A stretch of DNA of 63,721 nucleotides, filler included, from Dirinaria sp. TL-2023a (taxonomy: Eukaryota): the NCBI GenBank assembly GCA_051941275.1. It is 4 parts of 4 records of this genome, joined end to end, with 100 filler letters (N's around TTAATTAATTAA, not from the genome) between each part and the next. Parts side by side here need not be neighbours in the genome. Positions count along the whole stretch, not along the records: positions 47,872 to 63,721 come from JAVEBF010000523.1; 3 more parts are not named here. One strand, 5' to 3'. Positions 48,001 to 60,567 of the stretch are shown here, piece by piece; the first letter of the stretch is position 1, and every line of letters begins with the position of its first letter. The notes beneath the pieces were generated by a model. The model worked only from the letters and a program-made list of their open reading frames with translations. It was not told the DNA's origin and searched no databases. The translations under genes were made by a program, and so were the position numbers.

Positions 48001-50718
48001 CTAATGCGGCGGGATCCTATACCCACCACTCCCTCCCGCCAACGCGCCCTCCCTCACTTTCCCCGCCAGAAATTCCCGCATCTCCTCATTCCCAAAGGGG
48101 AACCCGCCCGGCACGACCATCTTCAGCATCAGCACGATGCGCTCCAGGCCCATCGGGCCCTGGTTCGTCAGCATCCCCTGCACAAACTGCCAGAACACCT
48201 CCATCTTCTCGCTCAGCATGTCTTCCTCGCTGCGCACCGCGGCGCCTGAAAGAGGGCCCCGGGCTGCTGCGAGTGCATTGCTGGAGGAGGCTAGGGTGGT
48301 GGTTGTTGTTGCTCGGACGCTATTGCTGCTGCTGCTCCCGCCCGCAGTGGTAGCGGCGAAGGAGGTGGTGAGGGTGGTGGTGGATGAGGGGAGCGTTTCG
48401 AGAACGCGGTAAGTGTCGGGCCGGGATTCGATGAGGACGAGTTTCGCGACCCAGAACGCCAGCGCGTTCTGCAGCAGTGCGTCGGACATTTGCAGGGAGG
48501 CTTTGAGATCGGTGTACGTACGCACGACGGGCGCGCAGTGCCGCCCGTTGGCGTCCGAGTCGAAGGCGTGGATCACGGCTGCTTGCCAGGTCTGCACCTC
48601 TTCCCGCACGCTGCGGTCTTGGAGGTCCAGGTGGACGGTGACTTGGCCGAGCGAGGGCAGCCAGGTCAGTTTGCGGGAGGGTTTGAGCTTGGCGAAACCG
48701 GCTTCGTAGTGCGTCTGGAGATCTGCGATGGAAGGTGGCGGAGCGAAAGATTCCGTGTGTAGGGAAGGCCAGAAGAGGTGTGAGAGGATCTTGCTTTGGA
48801 GCTGGGGGAAGGTGTCGAGGTGCATTTCTTCGCTGTTGCGGATGGCGAGGTCGACGCGGCGAGAGTCCAGGATGTCTCGGAGCATCACCTCGCAAGCCTG
48901 CAGCGAGGATTCGCCGAAGCGGATTTTCAGGAGCTCCATTACCCGGATCTCCTTGTCGAAGTCGTGTTCGCGCCGCAGGAGACGTTCGCCAAGGATCTTT
49001 TGGAATTCTTTGAGGAAGGTTTCTTTGGTGTCGAAGAGGCTGATGAGAGCGCCGATGACATCTGTGTGTTTTGTTCGCTTGTAGTCTGCCATGTGTGAGT
49101 TCGGGGTTTGTTGAGAATACATAGCTTTTCTTACCTGCAGGAGCGTCGACTGGGTCCGGCATCCAATTCATATCATCCCAATCAAGATCTCCGTCGTCTG
49201 CGCCCTTTCCTTCGTCTACAGGCAGGCCTCCCGTGCTAGCCAGCTCTGTGGCGAGCTCTACAAGAGTCTCGGGAGATAAGGATTCGTCTTCTGGATCGGC
49301 CAGAAGGCCTGTCACAACAATGTTGACTGTATCGTCTCGCTCCCGCAAATAGCGGCGAATGGGACGTGCTACTCTATCGAGAAGAACACCTCGAGGGTCG
49401 AGGACGGTGAAAGATCGTATAATAGAGATGTAAATTTGAAGAATCTGCATGGTTGAAGCCCCGGGCTGGAGTAAGCGATGAGAAATCACTTCAGAGAAAT
49501 CTTGAGTTACATGGAGCCGAGCACTAGGATTGTTGATATAGCACTTGAGATCCTCCATTGCACCACGGCTTCCATTTTCCCAGTCTACAACGACATTGAA
49601 TAATTCATTGACCCGCAAGGCTCCAAGCTGGCTGATGCCCATCTGCTGCCATTTTTGGACGCTGGCATGGCTAATCTGTGTGAGCTTTTCGCATGCCTCG
49701 TCATAGAGACATGCCAGCACTTCCACAGTGAAGCGCGCAAATTCATTTTCGATCCAATCTCGCAGGTCCTGAGGGACTGACGAAGGCGAGCTCCATTTCC
49801 CGGCATATTCGCTCTCTACATGCTTCGTAAGGACTTCGTTCATCACTTCCGCAAATAAGCGCTGGGCTCTACCGCCAGCAAGACCGACATTTTTCAGGCT
49901 CTTCATAACCTTCATCGTAATTTGCCGGGCTTCAGAGCATTCGTTCGGCTCATGCTGAGGTTGATTAGTAGCTGTGATGTTGAGCACGATGAATGCCTGC
50001 TCCTTGAGGAAGCGGCCAAGGAGTACACAAAAGGCGCCGTGAGGAATTGAGTGAGCAAATAAACCATGGAGATTTATCTTAGCTTGTGCCAATTGCTGAC
50101 TGCCCTTGTCAGGCAAGATGGGCAGAATATGGTGTTTAAGTGGATAGAGGTATATCGTCTGGACCACCTGCAAGGTCTGAAATATCTGGACAAGCGCACT
50201 TTCGTTTTCAATGTCTTCAACCAGCTGTGTTTGGTCAGAGCATTGCATCAGAAGCAGAATTTTGTGATTACCCTAGTCAAGCTAGGCAGCACGTAGTCTA
50301 CAAAGTGCCGGCTGCCCACCTCCTCATAATACCATTCCAATAAGTCATCTCGCGTCGAGTACTTCCGAAGCTGTCGCCCGCGAGAGTCTTCGGAGAGCAA
50401 GTAGAACACGGCGTCTTCGGTCTCGGCATTGAAAGGCTTGATCCATTTGGCTCTTAGGCTACGTTCATCCTGGGAAGCATGAGCTGCAGTTATTGGTTCA
50501 TTAGCTACAGACAGGAATGCGGTTGCCGCGTGCCATGCTCGATCCCATTTGATCTGTTCAGCTGCGACACTCTCGGTGCCGGTATCAGGTCCTGCTGGAC
50601 CTCCAAATGATTCGCTGAACCCGGTCGAGCCGAGGACGGGAGTTGCAGTTGGTGTAGGAATTACAACATCAGCCGAAGGTGGAAAGACTGCGGAAAAGAT
50701 CCTGTCATGCAGCGACAT
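48001..50718 (-). CDS. APC2: Anaphase-promoting complex cullin-like subunit Apc2, 3 exons
   Basis: RLLQPGAST..IL..YISIIR, PIRRYLRERDDTV, WMPDPVDAP, ELLKIRFGE..LQACEVMLRDI and FVQGMLTN; the three track ORFs are joined by canonical introns. Confidence 0.95.
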
Positions 50719-51138
50719 TTGACGTGTAGCAGTACTGTCATCTCAGAGGAGCCTAGGAGGTAACTCTCTACAAAAGGAAGAGTTCGAGTTCAAAACCGCG
50801 TGGACATTTTTAGCGCGTTGCAGCCTCGTTGTCACGTGATAAATTTCTACCCAGAATCTCAAAAGGTCCGATTCAGTACGCATGCAGAACAATCACCATC
50901 GATTTACAGACAATGCATGATCAATTGATAACAAGCGCAGCTGTCGACACCAATGCTCGAGTTGAATGGTATTTCTCTATTACGGAGTATGCTTCCTATA
51001 ACATTTCAAGGGTATCAAAAAAAAAATCTAAGTTAGTCTCTAACACCGTGCTCAAATAACACAAATAACCCTCTGGACACCGTTGCGAGACCGAGCAATT
51101 ATCACCTAGGTACGATGGTTTGCTGCAAATATAGATAC

Positions 51139-54100
51139 TTAAGTACTGCCCGTTTCAATCCAGCTGAGCAAGTCGCTGACATGGCGAGCCATAGGTCTGT
51201 TGTGCGCTAACACGTACATGAGCGTCTGGCGCAAAGGATGAAAAAGTTTGTTCATCCAGTCCTCGGGACCGCCAGGTACTCCATAGTTAGCACGATTGAC
51301 CTCTTGAAGGACCGCAGCAGCTTTAGGTAGGTTCCGAGCCATATTTCTCAAGATGAGTACGCTGGTCAGTGGCACACCACCAGCGTCACCCCGTTCGTCG
51401 ATTGCGGTATCTTGCCATAAAAAAGCGCTCGTGACCTGCTTGCGCCCTTCCCCACTCGCTCGAAGCACGTGCGCAAGAGGCAAGGTGGTCTGAGTCGCTA
51501 AAGTCCTGTTGTGCGTTTCCTTCGACATATCCCGCTCTGGAAGATGCGTCTTAGCATGCATGCCCGCATTGAAAGGTGTCCGGGTTTGATCTGGATGACG
51601 CGCAAAATGACGACAATCTGCCCAGAAACAATCGAGCTGAGGCTGTGGTACACTGGCCGAAGAGAGATCCCAACCGCCTTGGGGGTTGCGGGGAATGCCT
51701 AGGTGCTTGATAGCAATATGGTCGAACATGTCCTTAGATTCTAGAAGATACTCGGCACAGGCATCCTGGCCAGGGGTGTTCCACAAGCACCGACGATATG
51801 ATTTCCCATCCAAGTTTGCTGGAGCAGTCCGCGGTCTAATGCCTTTAATGATGAATTTGCTGTTAGTTTCATTGACCGTTCGGACCTGCGCATTTGCACC
51901 CGTGAAGACCTGGCTAACGTTCTTAATGAACTCCGCCGCTGGAAGGAGCGGGTTGGATAAGGCAGTATAATGGTTAAATTGGGTCTGGTAAGCCTGCCAG
52001 AGCTGGATCTGTGTTATTTCGCTTTCGGAATCTTCTTCAAACACGGCTTTGAGCCACCGAGTAGATCGCTCTGGCTCCTCTAATTTGAGGAACTGTTCGA
52101 GAAGGTCTCGGGGAATCTGGGATATCTGCTGCGAAGCTGCGGCGGCTATCGCTTCGTGGACAAGGTATTTGGTAGATGCACGGTGTGCATGATATAGCAA
52201 CAAGCGAGTAAGCTGGAAGAGGAACGAGGGCGTAGCCAGCATATCAGCATGAGCCAGTAAAATGCCAACATTGTCTGGAACAGCAGTAAACTGGTAGAGG
52301 AAGTCTAGGCATGCATGAACTAGTTCTTCATCCTCCAACAAGGTCCAGTTCATGATGTTCTGTAGCACCGAGGTCGGAACACCTTTCAAGAGATTCGACT
52401 CCTCAAGATTCATAGAAATCCGACACATGGCACGCAGCGAAGTCAGTACTGAGCCGCGATCGGAGCCGTCGGCAACTTGATTGAGGAGCGATCGATAGAG
52501 AGGATCATGGACGCCCATTGACCAAAATTTAGTGACCTGCTCCGCAATGTCTAGAGCGTAGTGCTTCAGCTCGGTAACCCTGGGGTCTTGCGGGAGATTG
52601 AGAACAATGGAAAGAAAATCACGAAGTTGCGGTAGGTCTGCCAGATACATTGCGTTATCTTCCAGGAGTGCGAGGTTACGGATGGTCAGGCCAGCTTCAT
52701 GGATTTTAGTGAGCTTGTGAGTTAATGCTGCTGGCTCCAGCTCATCCGGATAGTCCAGACGTCTCAAGGTTGCAATCCGCTCGAGGATATCGGGCGTTCC
52801 TTTGATACCATCTAATACATGCAGCTCATGTGATTGTTCCATGTAGTCAATTTCCCATTTTACATCGAAATAAAGCGCGCTGACTTCCAGCGCGTACTCG
52901 ATCAAAGCCTCTGCGAGATTAGGGAAGGCCTCAAATTTATACTTGTCACCACGCTCATGCGAGATTTTGACAAGATGATGGAGTGCATAGTCTTGCTCTT
53001 CTAAGATTCCGCTCCGCAGACCTTGCAATGTTCGAACATATATATTCGGACCATCGAAACCCTCTAGATAATGTTAATTCACACATTGCTAGAAGAAAAC
53101 GCTAACTTACGACCCGGTTTCATCATCCCTTTCGAGCTTGGTGGCGGCCCTCTACCTAATGCAGCAAGCCTCGCGTCTCTGAGTATCCTCTGGTGCTCTT
53201 TGAAGAGATTCGGATTATTGCCAGGGGTGGTTACGGTACGCAAGGTAAGGGGATTAGGTGGTCGTGGCTCGTAATTAGCTATGCTCAATGGCAAGCCAGC
53301 AGTACTGGAAGAAGCAGAGTGATTGTAGCTGTTGATAGGCGCTGTTACCGGTTGTGGCGAGTGAGCATGACCTTGGGCATGGCGCGGCTGTCTTGATGAA
53401 GAAACATCGGGCTGGAATAGAACACGTTGAGGAGGCGCTTGCCGTAGCCCTGTTCCAAGCGATCAGCAGGGTTCTCTACCGGGCTTCAGAAGAACAGTTC
53501 TTCCAACCTCTCGTGCTACGCCCTGCACCACTACCAGGTTCGTCTATGTCACCCTTTTCTTCTTTCGGCGTTTTGGATTCATCGCCCGAGCCATCACTAT
53601 CTTGACCGAAGCTCTCGCGTGAAGGCGGTTTGAAGTTCTCAACCGTACGCTTTAGAAGATCTCCACCCTTGGCAGTAAGGTTCTCTAATATTTCCTTGGG
53701 AGGCGGTTCTTGATTATGTATAGTCTTAATTTCATAAGCGCTACGACTTAATCAGCTTTAGTCGCAGACCAGAATGCATTCACCAACGCTAGATTTTTGT
53801 AATAGACTGTCTTTAAGGCGAAGGCATACGCCGCGGCGTTCGTTGCCCCAAGGTTGAACTCCTGCCCGACCTTTCGCCAAGCAAGTTTCTCGGCGCTAAC
53901 AACATCGTATCCTCCACGCGATGTAACAGCATTCCATAGTTGATAAAGATCAATATGTTTGCCATTGACTTTTGATTGGGGGTCAAGAATGGTCCTAGAG
54001 GCAGAAAAGGGTCAGAAAATGTTGGTGGCACGCAAGCATACAATTTCACTCGCCCTCTTTCAGTATGCAGATCCGCCAAATTCTTCATGAACTCATCGTG

Positions 54101-54151
54101 GCCTGGTGAATGGCTTTCTGCCTTTTCCTGGCTTCCACTGGTGGATGTCAT
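51139..54151 (-). CDS. RSC9: RSC chromatin-remodelling subunit Rsc9 (ARID + RFX-like domains), 4 exons
   Basis: ARID (IDLYQLWNAVTSRGGYD..AWRKVG..LKTVYYKNL), GFDGPNIYVRTLQGLRSG, YALHHLVKIS, ITQIQLWQAY..F and KFIIKGIRPR. Confidence 0.92.
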
Positions 54152-54723
54152 CTTGTTGTGTAGGATTTGGATCGATGTGGGGCGAATCCTTGCAGACTGA
54201 CCGGAGAAAGGAGTTCATGTACCGTTGGTATTAAGCGTAATGGGGTCATCAGCATTGTGCAGACTGCATGCTTAGTCTCTACAGCTCTAACACGCGACTT
54301 AGCAGAGCTACAGTAAGGTACATAAGGTAAAGCACCTTAGACGTGCCGGCGCTTACCGCTTACCGCGGTTAAACAGATACCTTCCTACCCTAAGTGGCCT
54401 CTACCTGAGTTACTAAGATACCTTAGTTGGGGCTCAAGCTTGGCGGTTCTACCTTATCTTGGCATCCTACATGATGTAAGTAACTTACATTACCTTATGT
54501 ATGTAGAGATACTTGGTCCTCTGTAGTCCCAGTTTATATCCAAGGAACTTTTCTGCCCTACCTCATTTTTCATGCCTACACCGTACTGTTTCAGATGCTT
54601 CGCGGAGTGCCACATGTCTTTATCCGCGTCTAAAGTGAGAGCTTAGGCATCATGTGGTAGAATATTCTTCTTCAACTACTACATGGACCTCTAGATCATG
54701 TGAAATGGTTCTTCTCGTTACGC

Positions 54724-56492
54724 ATGGTTCTCGTACGAAGACCTCCGCATCTCTTTACAAGCTCCATTGACAAAAACTCTCCCCAGTACTGCTTGTACTG
54801 ACAATGGCTTTCTCTCCTTTTGGTTCTCAGTCTAGTGTCATTCAAGGCCCAACTTCTCTAACATTATTCAAACTCTCCTTTTGTACAACGCCGACCCTGA
54901 GGTCACGTCTGCTATGGACCCATCTGCCGAACAGAGATAACTTGTTTGCTGTGTTTGATTCTCTCTTTCAAAAGGACCTCGAGGGCTCAGTCACAGAGAA
55001 AAAGATGCTGAAACTTATTCGTGGTAGCGAGCTTTTGGTCAGTATGCAGCATGAGATTCGTCTACCAGGTTTCGGCACGTGACCTAATTGATGGCCTGAA
55101 TTAGGAGAATATCGAGCTTGAAAACCTTGTTCTCCAAGCACGCTTAGATGAAGAGCGAAGCAGGTCACAGTATCTTCAAGATATAGATCGCAATGTCATC
55201 GTTATGGTTAAGAAGCCTTTGCTTGCAATCCGTTACCAGCTCCCGACAGGACAGGTACGATGATTAATGTCTTGGTCTCCACGGGGTACTGATATTGTTT
55301 ATAGTTTAGGAGACTGCAGATGAACTTCCGACCCGAGTCCGGGTTTGACCTCGCTCGCTCGGTTCTGCAAGGCTTGGGTCTTCCCATTCGCGAAAGAACT
55401 CTGCCAGCTAACCTGCCTTCATCCATCCCCTCAACCCCAGCGTTACCGACTCTGAACCAGGGTCCGCAGTATCATCGCCCAGCAAACATCACCCCTGGCC
55501 AAGACTTCTTGGATCGGCCTACTACCATGAATGGTGCTTATAACTACCAGCCATTAAATTCCGTGCCTGCTATATCTTCGGAACGCCCAGCAACGGCTCC
55601 CATGTCTTTTAGTCAGATGCTACCGCCACGGCGGGAACTACCCTTTGCGAAAGCGGTGCCTGAGCGACCGTTAATCCCCCATAATCCGCCACCTGAAAAC
55701 CTCAGCGACGACGGGTTACAGATTGATGAAAAGTCCGAGAAAGCTCCTACAAAGCGAAAACCCCGAGCAAAACCTGTAAAAGCTGCTGCTTCGGAATTGC
55801 ACCGGGAACCTTCACCACCTGCGCCTATTCAAGGAAGCCAGTCTTCGACCAAAGTCCCAAAGAAAAGAAATCGTAAACAGTGTACTGCGTCGAAGGCCAA
55901 GGCTTCTAAGGTTTCTCAAGATCTGCCACAAGTTCCTGATAGTCAAGATACATTCTCGCCTCCGGGATCATCCAGGCCGGCTCGACTTGCCGAAGCCTCC
56001 GAAACTACTCAAACCAAAGAACCGGATGGGACACAAGCAAGCGTGAAGATACACACAAGTTCCACGCGCGATTTAGCAAATCCTGTGAATCCAAGCTCTG
56101 CGCCCTTAGTTCTGCACGTGGGAAAGAAGGGGCTAACTGCTCTGTCGGCGAGCCAAACCAATGGACGTCAAGATAGTGCTTCGTCGGTCCCTATTCCAAC
56201 AACCAAAAACGCTCCCCAGATGCCGCAAGAAGCGACGATCTCCCCAGAAGAATACATGAACCGTCTCGATGAGTGGGTTAGGAAGTACCACGATCTACCG
56301 ACCCCAACGCCTCGTCCAGCTCCGTTCAGCGATCTTGCAGCATACGCTGCGCAGTCGGACGAAGACCGGCTAGCGGCACTGGACACTATGATCTGCGACT
56401 GTATTGAAGATGAGAACTTTATAAAGCTCATGGAAGACGTTGATCGGTCGTGGAAAAGGATCGGCCTTGGGTACAGAGGAGAAGGCTTGTAA
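54724..56492 (+). CDS. REC114: Rec114-like meiotic double-strand-break factor (start may be 54724 or 54804)
   Basis: Exons ..55037, 55105-55254 and 55305-56492 splice in phase 0: LFKLS..WTH..LFAVFD..LKLIRG..LENIEL..VKKPLLAIRY..FRRLQMNF..FDLARSVLQGLG (PH-like), then a disordered linker, then ICDCIEDENFIKLMEDVDRSW. Confidence 0.8.
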
Positions 56493-56880
56493 TGGTAGCT
56501 CGACTTACCCTTACGGAAGGCTGTCTTGCTGAGCTTCGGTGTCCACTTGCTGTTGGGGGATTGACAAGATACCAATTTAGCAGCTGCTTGAGTACGTTTG
56601 TGTTTGCAAGATGTTTCATTCTTGGCGCCAGGTCTTTTTGCTTAAGCTTTTCTCGCCGCGTTTAGATCTATGAGCATTGAGCCCATGATATGAGCTTTTG
56701 CAATCTACCATGAGTATAGCGGGAAATAGAGCCTAGCATCACGAGCTAATTAAGAATTGTACACTATTTTTGTGCTCCGATGATTCCTATCTGCAGCCAT
56801 AGCTCACGTATTCAAGCAAGACTACACAACGAAGAGTCTCTTCTTTCTGAGACCCAACCCCCGTTGCCCCTGAATCTCAC

Positions 56881-58122
56881 CTAGAAACAGCACTGTCCGC
56901 CATCAACCACGATATCCGCAGCATTTATATAACTCCCCGCCTGGCTACACAGCATTACCACCGGCCCCGTCAACTCCTCGGGCACGCCCATCCTCCCCAT
57001 CGGGTTTCTTTCGCACCACGTCCGCCTCGCAACCTCCAACCCTTCCCCCTCGTTCAAGATCGTATCCATGTAACCTGGCGAGATGGTGTTTACGCGGATA
57101 CCATGGACGGCCCATTCCGCCGCCAGAGATGACTTGAGGCTGATCAGAGCGGCTTTGGAGGCGTTGTAGGCGGCTTGCGGTTGAGGGTAGTTGACGCGCT
57201 GAGCGGAGATGGAGGCGATGAGGATGATTGAGCAGGGGAGTTGGAGGGCGATCTGTTTCCTGCTCCTCAGAGGAAAAAGTGTCAGCCATCGTTCGGATAA
57301 ATTTAGTATGAGGATCGCGAAGAATTTTACAGATCTGTAAAAGAGGGTGCCAGTGCTTGGGTGGACCAATCTTCATATCTGTGAAAAGTAGCAGACCGAT
57401 TCTCCGTACGCAGCGCCTTTCCCACTACCCTAGATGACAAAGTTCCAGATAAAACCTACCTCGCCACAGCCTGCGCGCACAGGAATGCCCCGGTAGTATT
57501 CACATCCAGCGTGCGTCTCCACTCCTCGGGCGTCATGGCCGTCGCATGCTGGCAGCCCACCACGCCCGCGAAGCAGATCAGGATATCAACACTACCAAGC
57601 GCATCCCCCACCTCCTCCACCTTATCCCGCACCAGCACCGCATCCGTCACATTCACGGCAAGCGTCAAAATCTTCGCATTCGGGAACTCGCGCCTCAAGC
57701 CATCGACCTCGGCGCCGCTCGCAGCAGACGAAGAAGGATCCAGATCGAGCAGCGCGAGCCCCGAGAGGCCATGTTCGAGCAACGCGCGCGCGGTGACCAG
57801 TGCCAGTGTTCCGGTGCCACCGGTCACTTTTTGATTTTATGTGGATATTTATTTCAGCTTTTTTGCGTAATTTGAGTGGGGGGTTTTGTAAGGTAGAGAT
57901 GTCAGGGTAAAATTTGACTCTTGCAGAGCGCAATCGAGACCTACGGATTGCGTTGCCTTCGACTGCGAAGCGCTTCAGTGCTCGGCCTGAGGAGGAGAGG
58001 TAGTGCGGCGCCGGAGGTGGGGGGCCCGTCATGGATGATGGACTACCGTCTGAGAGCGTCATGTGCGGTATCTGTCGCGAGGTGAGGTCTGCGCGCGTTG
58101 AGTCTGAGGCTGAGGTTGGCAT
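56881..58122 (-). CDS. SDR of the sorbose reductase / D-arabinitol dehydrogenase type, 3 exons
   Basis: FAVEGNAI|VTGGTGTLA, ICFAGVVG, IASISAQRVNYPQPQAAYNASKA, RVNTISPGYMDT and IVVDGG. Confidence 0.92.
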
Positions 58123-58954
58123 TTTTGAGGGAGGGATGGGGGGTTGGAGGGGATTTTGAGGTGTAAGTGAGAATTGGGAGAGGATATGTAGGTGCTGTCG
58201 ATACAATAAGGTAGCGCCTGTGAGTTTGGACGGCAGCTTTGAAGCTATCTGTTAGGTAGTATGCGCTAGGTATGCCGCCGCCTCGACCCAATTGGATTAC
58301 GGGCCGCGTCCGGTTGTCGAAGATGAGTTCCGCTTGCTGGTTCTAAATGCCTTCCTACAGAATCGATTGAAAATCATGGTTTTATATTATAATATAGACT
58401 CGCTTAGCTATGAGCATAGACATTCAATCTTCGGATGAAGCCCTCGCACATCTCAAATTCAATTGTACACTAATTCTTCTCATCGCTCTTTCGAATATCT
58501 CGATGCCAGGGCGCTATGTGGCTAATGGTGAGCGATCTTGGAAGCTGGGGGGCCAAAGGAGATTGAGATGTTGAAAGGGTAGAAAGTTAAATGCATTGGG
58601 GCTCCATAAATTTAGTGCATGTGAGTTATTGAATCACACACGCTCTTTTATCTTCTCGGTCTGCTCTATGTTACGATTGCTAGCTGGTGAGCAAATGAAT
58701 GTTGGAGGTCTCTTCATGTACCGGGGCCGTGGCTCATGACAAAGAAGGAGGTAAAGAAATCGTCAGCTCTACGTGATGGAAATAAATCGCAGAAAGTTGG
58801 TATCAACGGAGAGACATTAGACCATGGATTGGGAACAATCAAAGATGATTAAACGCCATGAATACTACCTTAATTCTGATATTGTCCATACATAGAGGGG
58901 ACCTTGAAAGACACCGCAACTTGCTTACTCACCCAACGCCAGGAAATTTTCGAG

Positions 58955-60272
58955 CTACTCCCAGTCAGGCTCCTCATCGCTTGCTTCGCCGTCGCTCTTT
59001 TTCTTCTCCGTCTTTGGACTCCCGGGAGCTCGGCTTGTCGCTCCACTCACGAGGTCATAGCTGGCGTCACTATCGGGCTGGGAGTGCTGGTCCTGCGAGC
59101 GGCGAGGCTGTGCTTCAATTGGCTTGAGCGACGCAGAATCTTCTGAAGAAGCTGCCGGAGGCTGAATAGTGGTAGACGACGAGGTTGATGGGGCAATTGG
59201 GTTTTTGGAAGCTTTCGGGGTCGAGGTACGGTTCGGGCTAGGTGGTTGGGACTCACTGTCGGAGTCGTCGTCCCAGCCAATATTCTCGGCTGGTGAGAGG
59301 GTAGCACCTGTCTTTCCATTAACGGGTGCTATTCTTGCTAAGACGCCAAGTCAATCATAGCCTACCTTTAAGTAGCTCTCGTCTTCTTTGCTCTTCGGTC
59401 TCAATGACCATCCTTAGGAAATAATACCTTGTCCAGAAGGAAGCATATTCGACCTTTTCTGGTACCAGCTTCTCCATCAATTTCCGGAGCATGTCGTATT
59501 TGTCCAGGTCTGTCGCTATTGCCTCCGTCTTTTTGTCTATATCAAACTCACCCTGCCACTTCTCGTATTCTGGGCTCACCGGATCCTTTGTAAAGCTTTC
59601 GGCCGAGGAATGAATAGCATGCAGTTGAGCGTCGAAGCGTGTTGAATGTATCACACGTTTGCCGTCTTGGTCCTTGCTCTCGAATAGAACCTTGCTTGAG
59701 GCCTTGTCGCTTTCTTTGGGCGGTGCGATCGTGACGGCGTCTCGGAGAAAGTTTCTGACATTGGTACCAAACTTGACAAGAGCTTCATCTGCCGCATCCT
59801 CCGCCCTTTGGACGTCTCTTAGCCGTTTTGTCGCTTCCGACCTGAACTTCGCAATTAGACCTTCAGACTCCCTTAGAGCTTCACTTTCCGAACGCTCTTT
59901 GGTGCTTGGCTCCGCAGGTGCCTCTTCTCCAAAATTTGCCTTGGAAGTAGGTGTCGCTGGCGGGCTCAATCCTGTTGACATGGACCGAGCGCGGGATGCA
60001 AGGGTAGACTTCAGATCTGAGAAGCCTTTCACGGCCTCCTGGCTCACAGCCGTAGCTTCCTTTTGCGCCTCCTTCGTCCATGTGTCGCTCTGCTTCTTGA
60101 CATCGCTGAAGAAGCCTCCTAACCGCGCTCCCCATGGACTTGCCGAGAAAGACTTGTATGCTTCCTGAAACTCGGTATTCAAATTCCCAGCTTTCTCTTT
60201 CTGGCCCTCCTGTTTGACCGCGTCTTCTGGCGATAGAATCTCTTCCTGGATATGGTCGTAGGCGACATCCAT
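58955..60272 (-). CDS. BSD-domain protein (Dos2-like), 2 exons
   Basis: [22 protein letters not shown] and [21 protein letters not shown]; intron after LLK; second exon IGWDDDSD...DWE*. Confidence 0.9.
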
Positions 60273-60567
60273 GGCGTTGTCACCGAATCGACAGTATCAT
60301 GGGCGTACCTTTCACTCTGGCCAACTGGGTACGTGTCTCCAAACCCGTCAGGAGTCCGCTTTCAGCAACCAGCCACAATTACCTTACCATTACTTTACAT
60401 TAGGCCATCAGTACCAATGCCGAGATGCCCTAGCGGCAGATCTACCAACATGCAGATACCCCGCCAAGCCCCGCCAAGCCCCCGCATCTGACTGAAGTCA
60501 CTTTTCCACCATCCTCCAATCTTCTTTCTGCTCGAACACCGTCGACTGCTGACTGTTGATAGCTATC

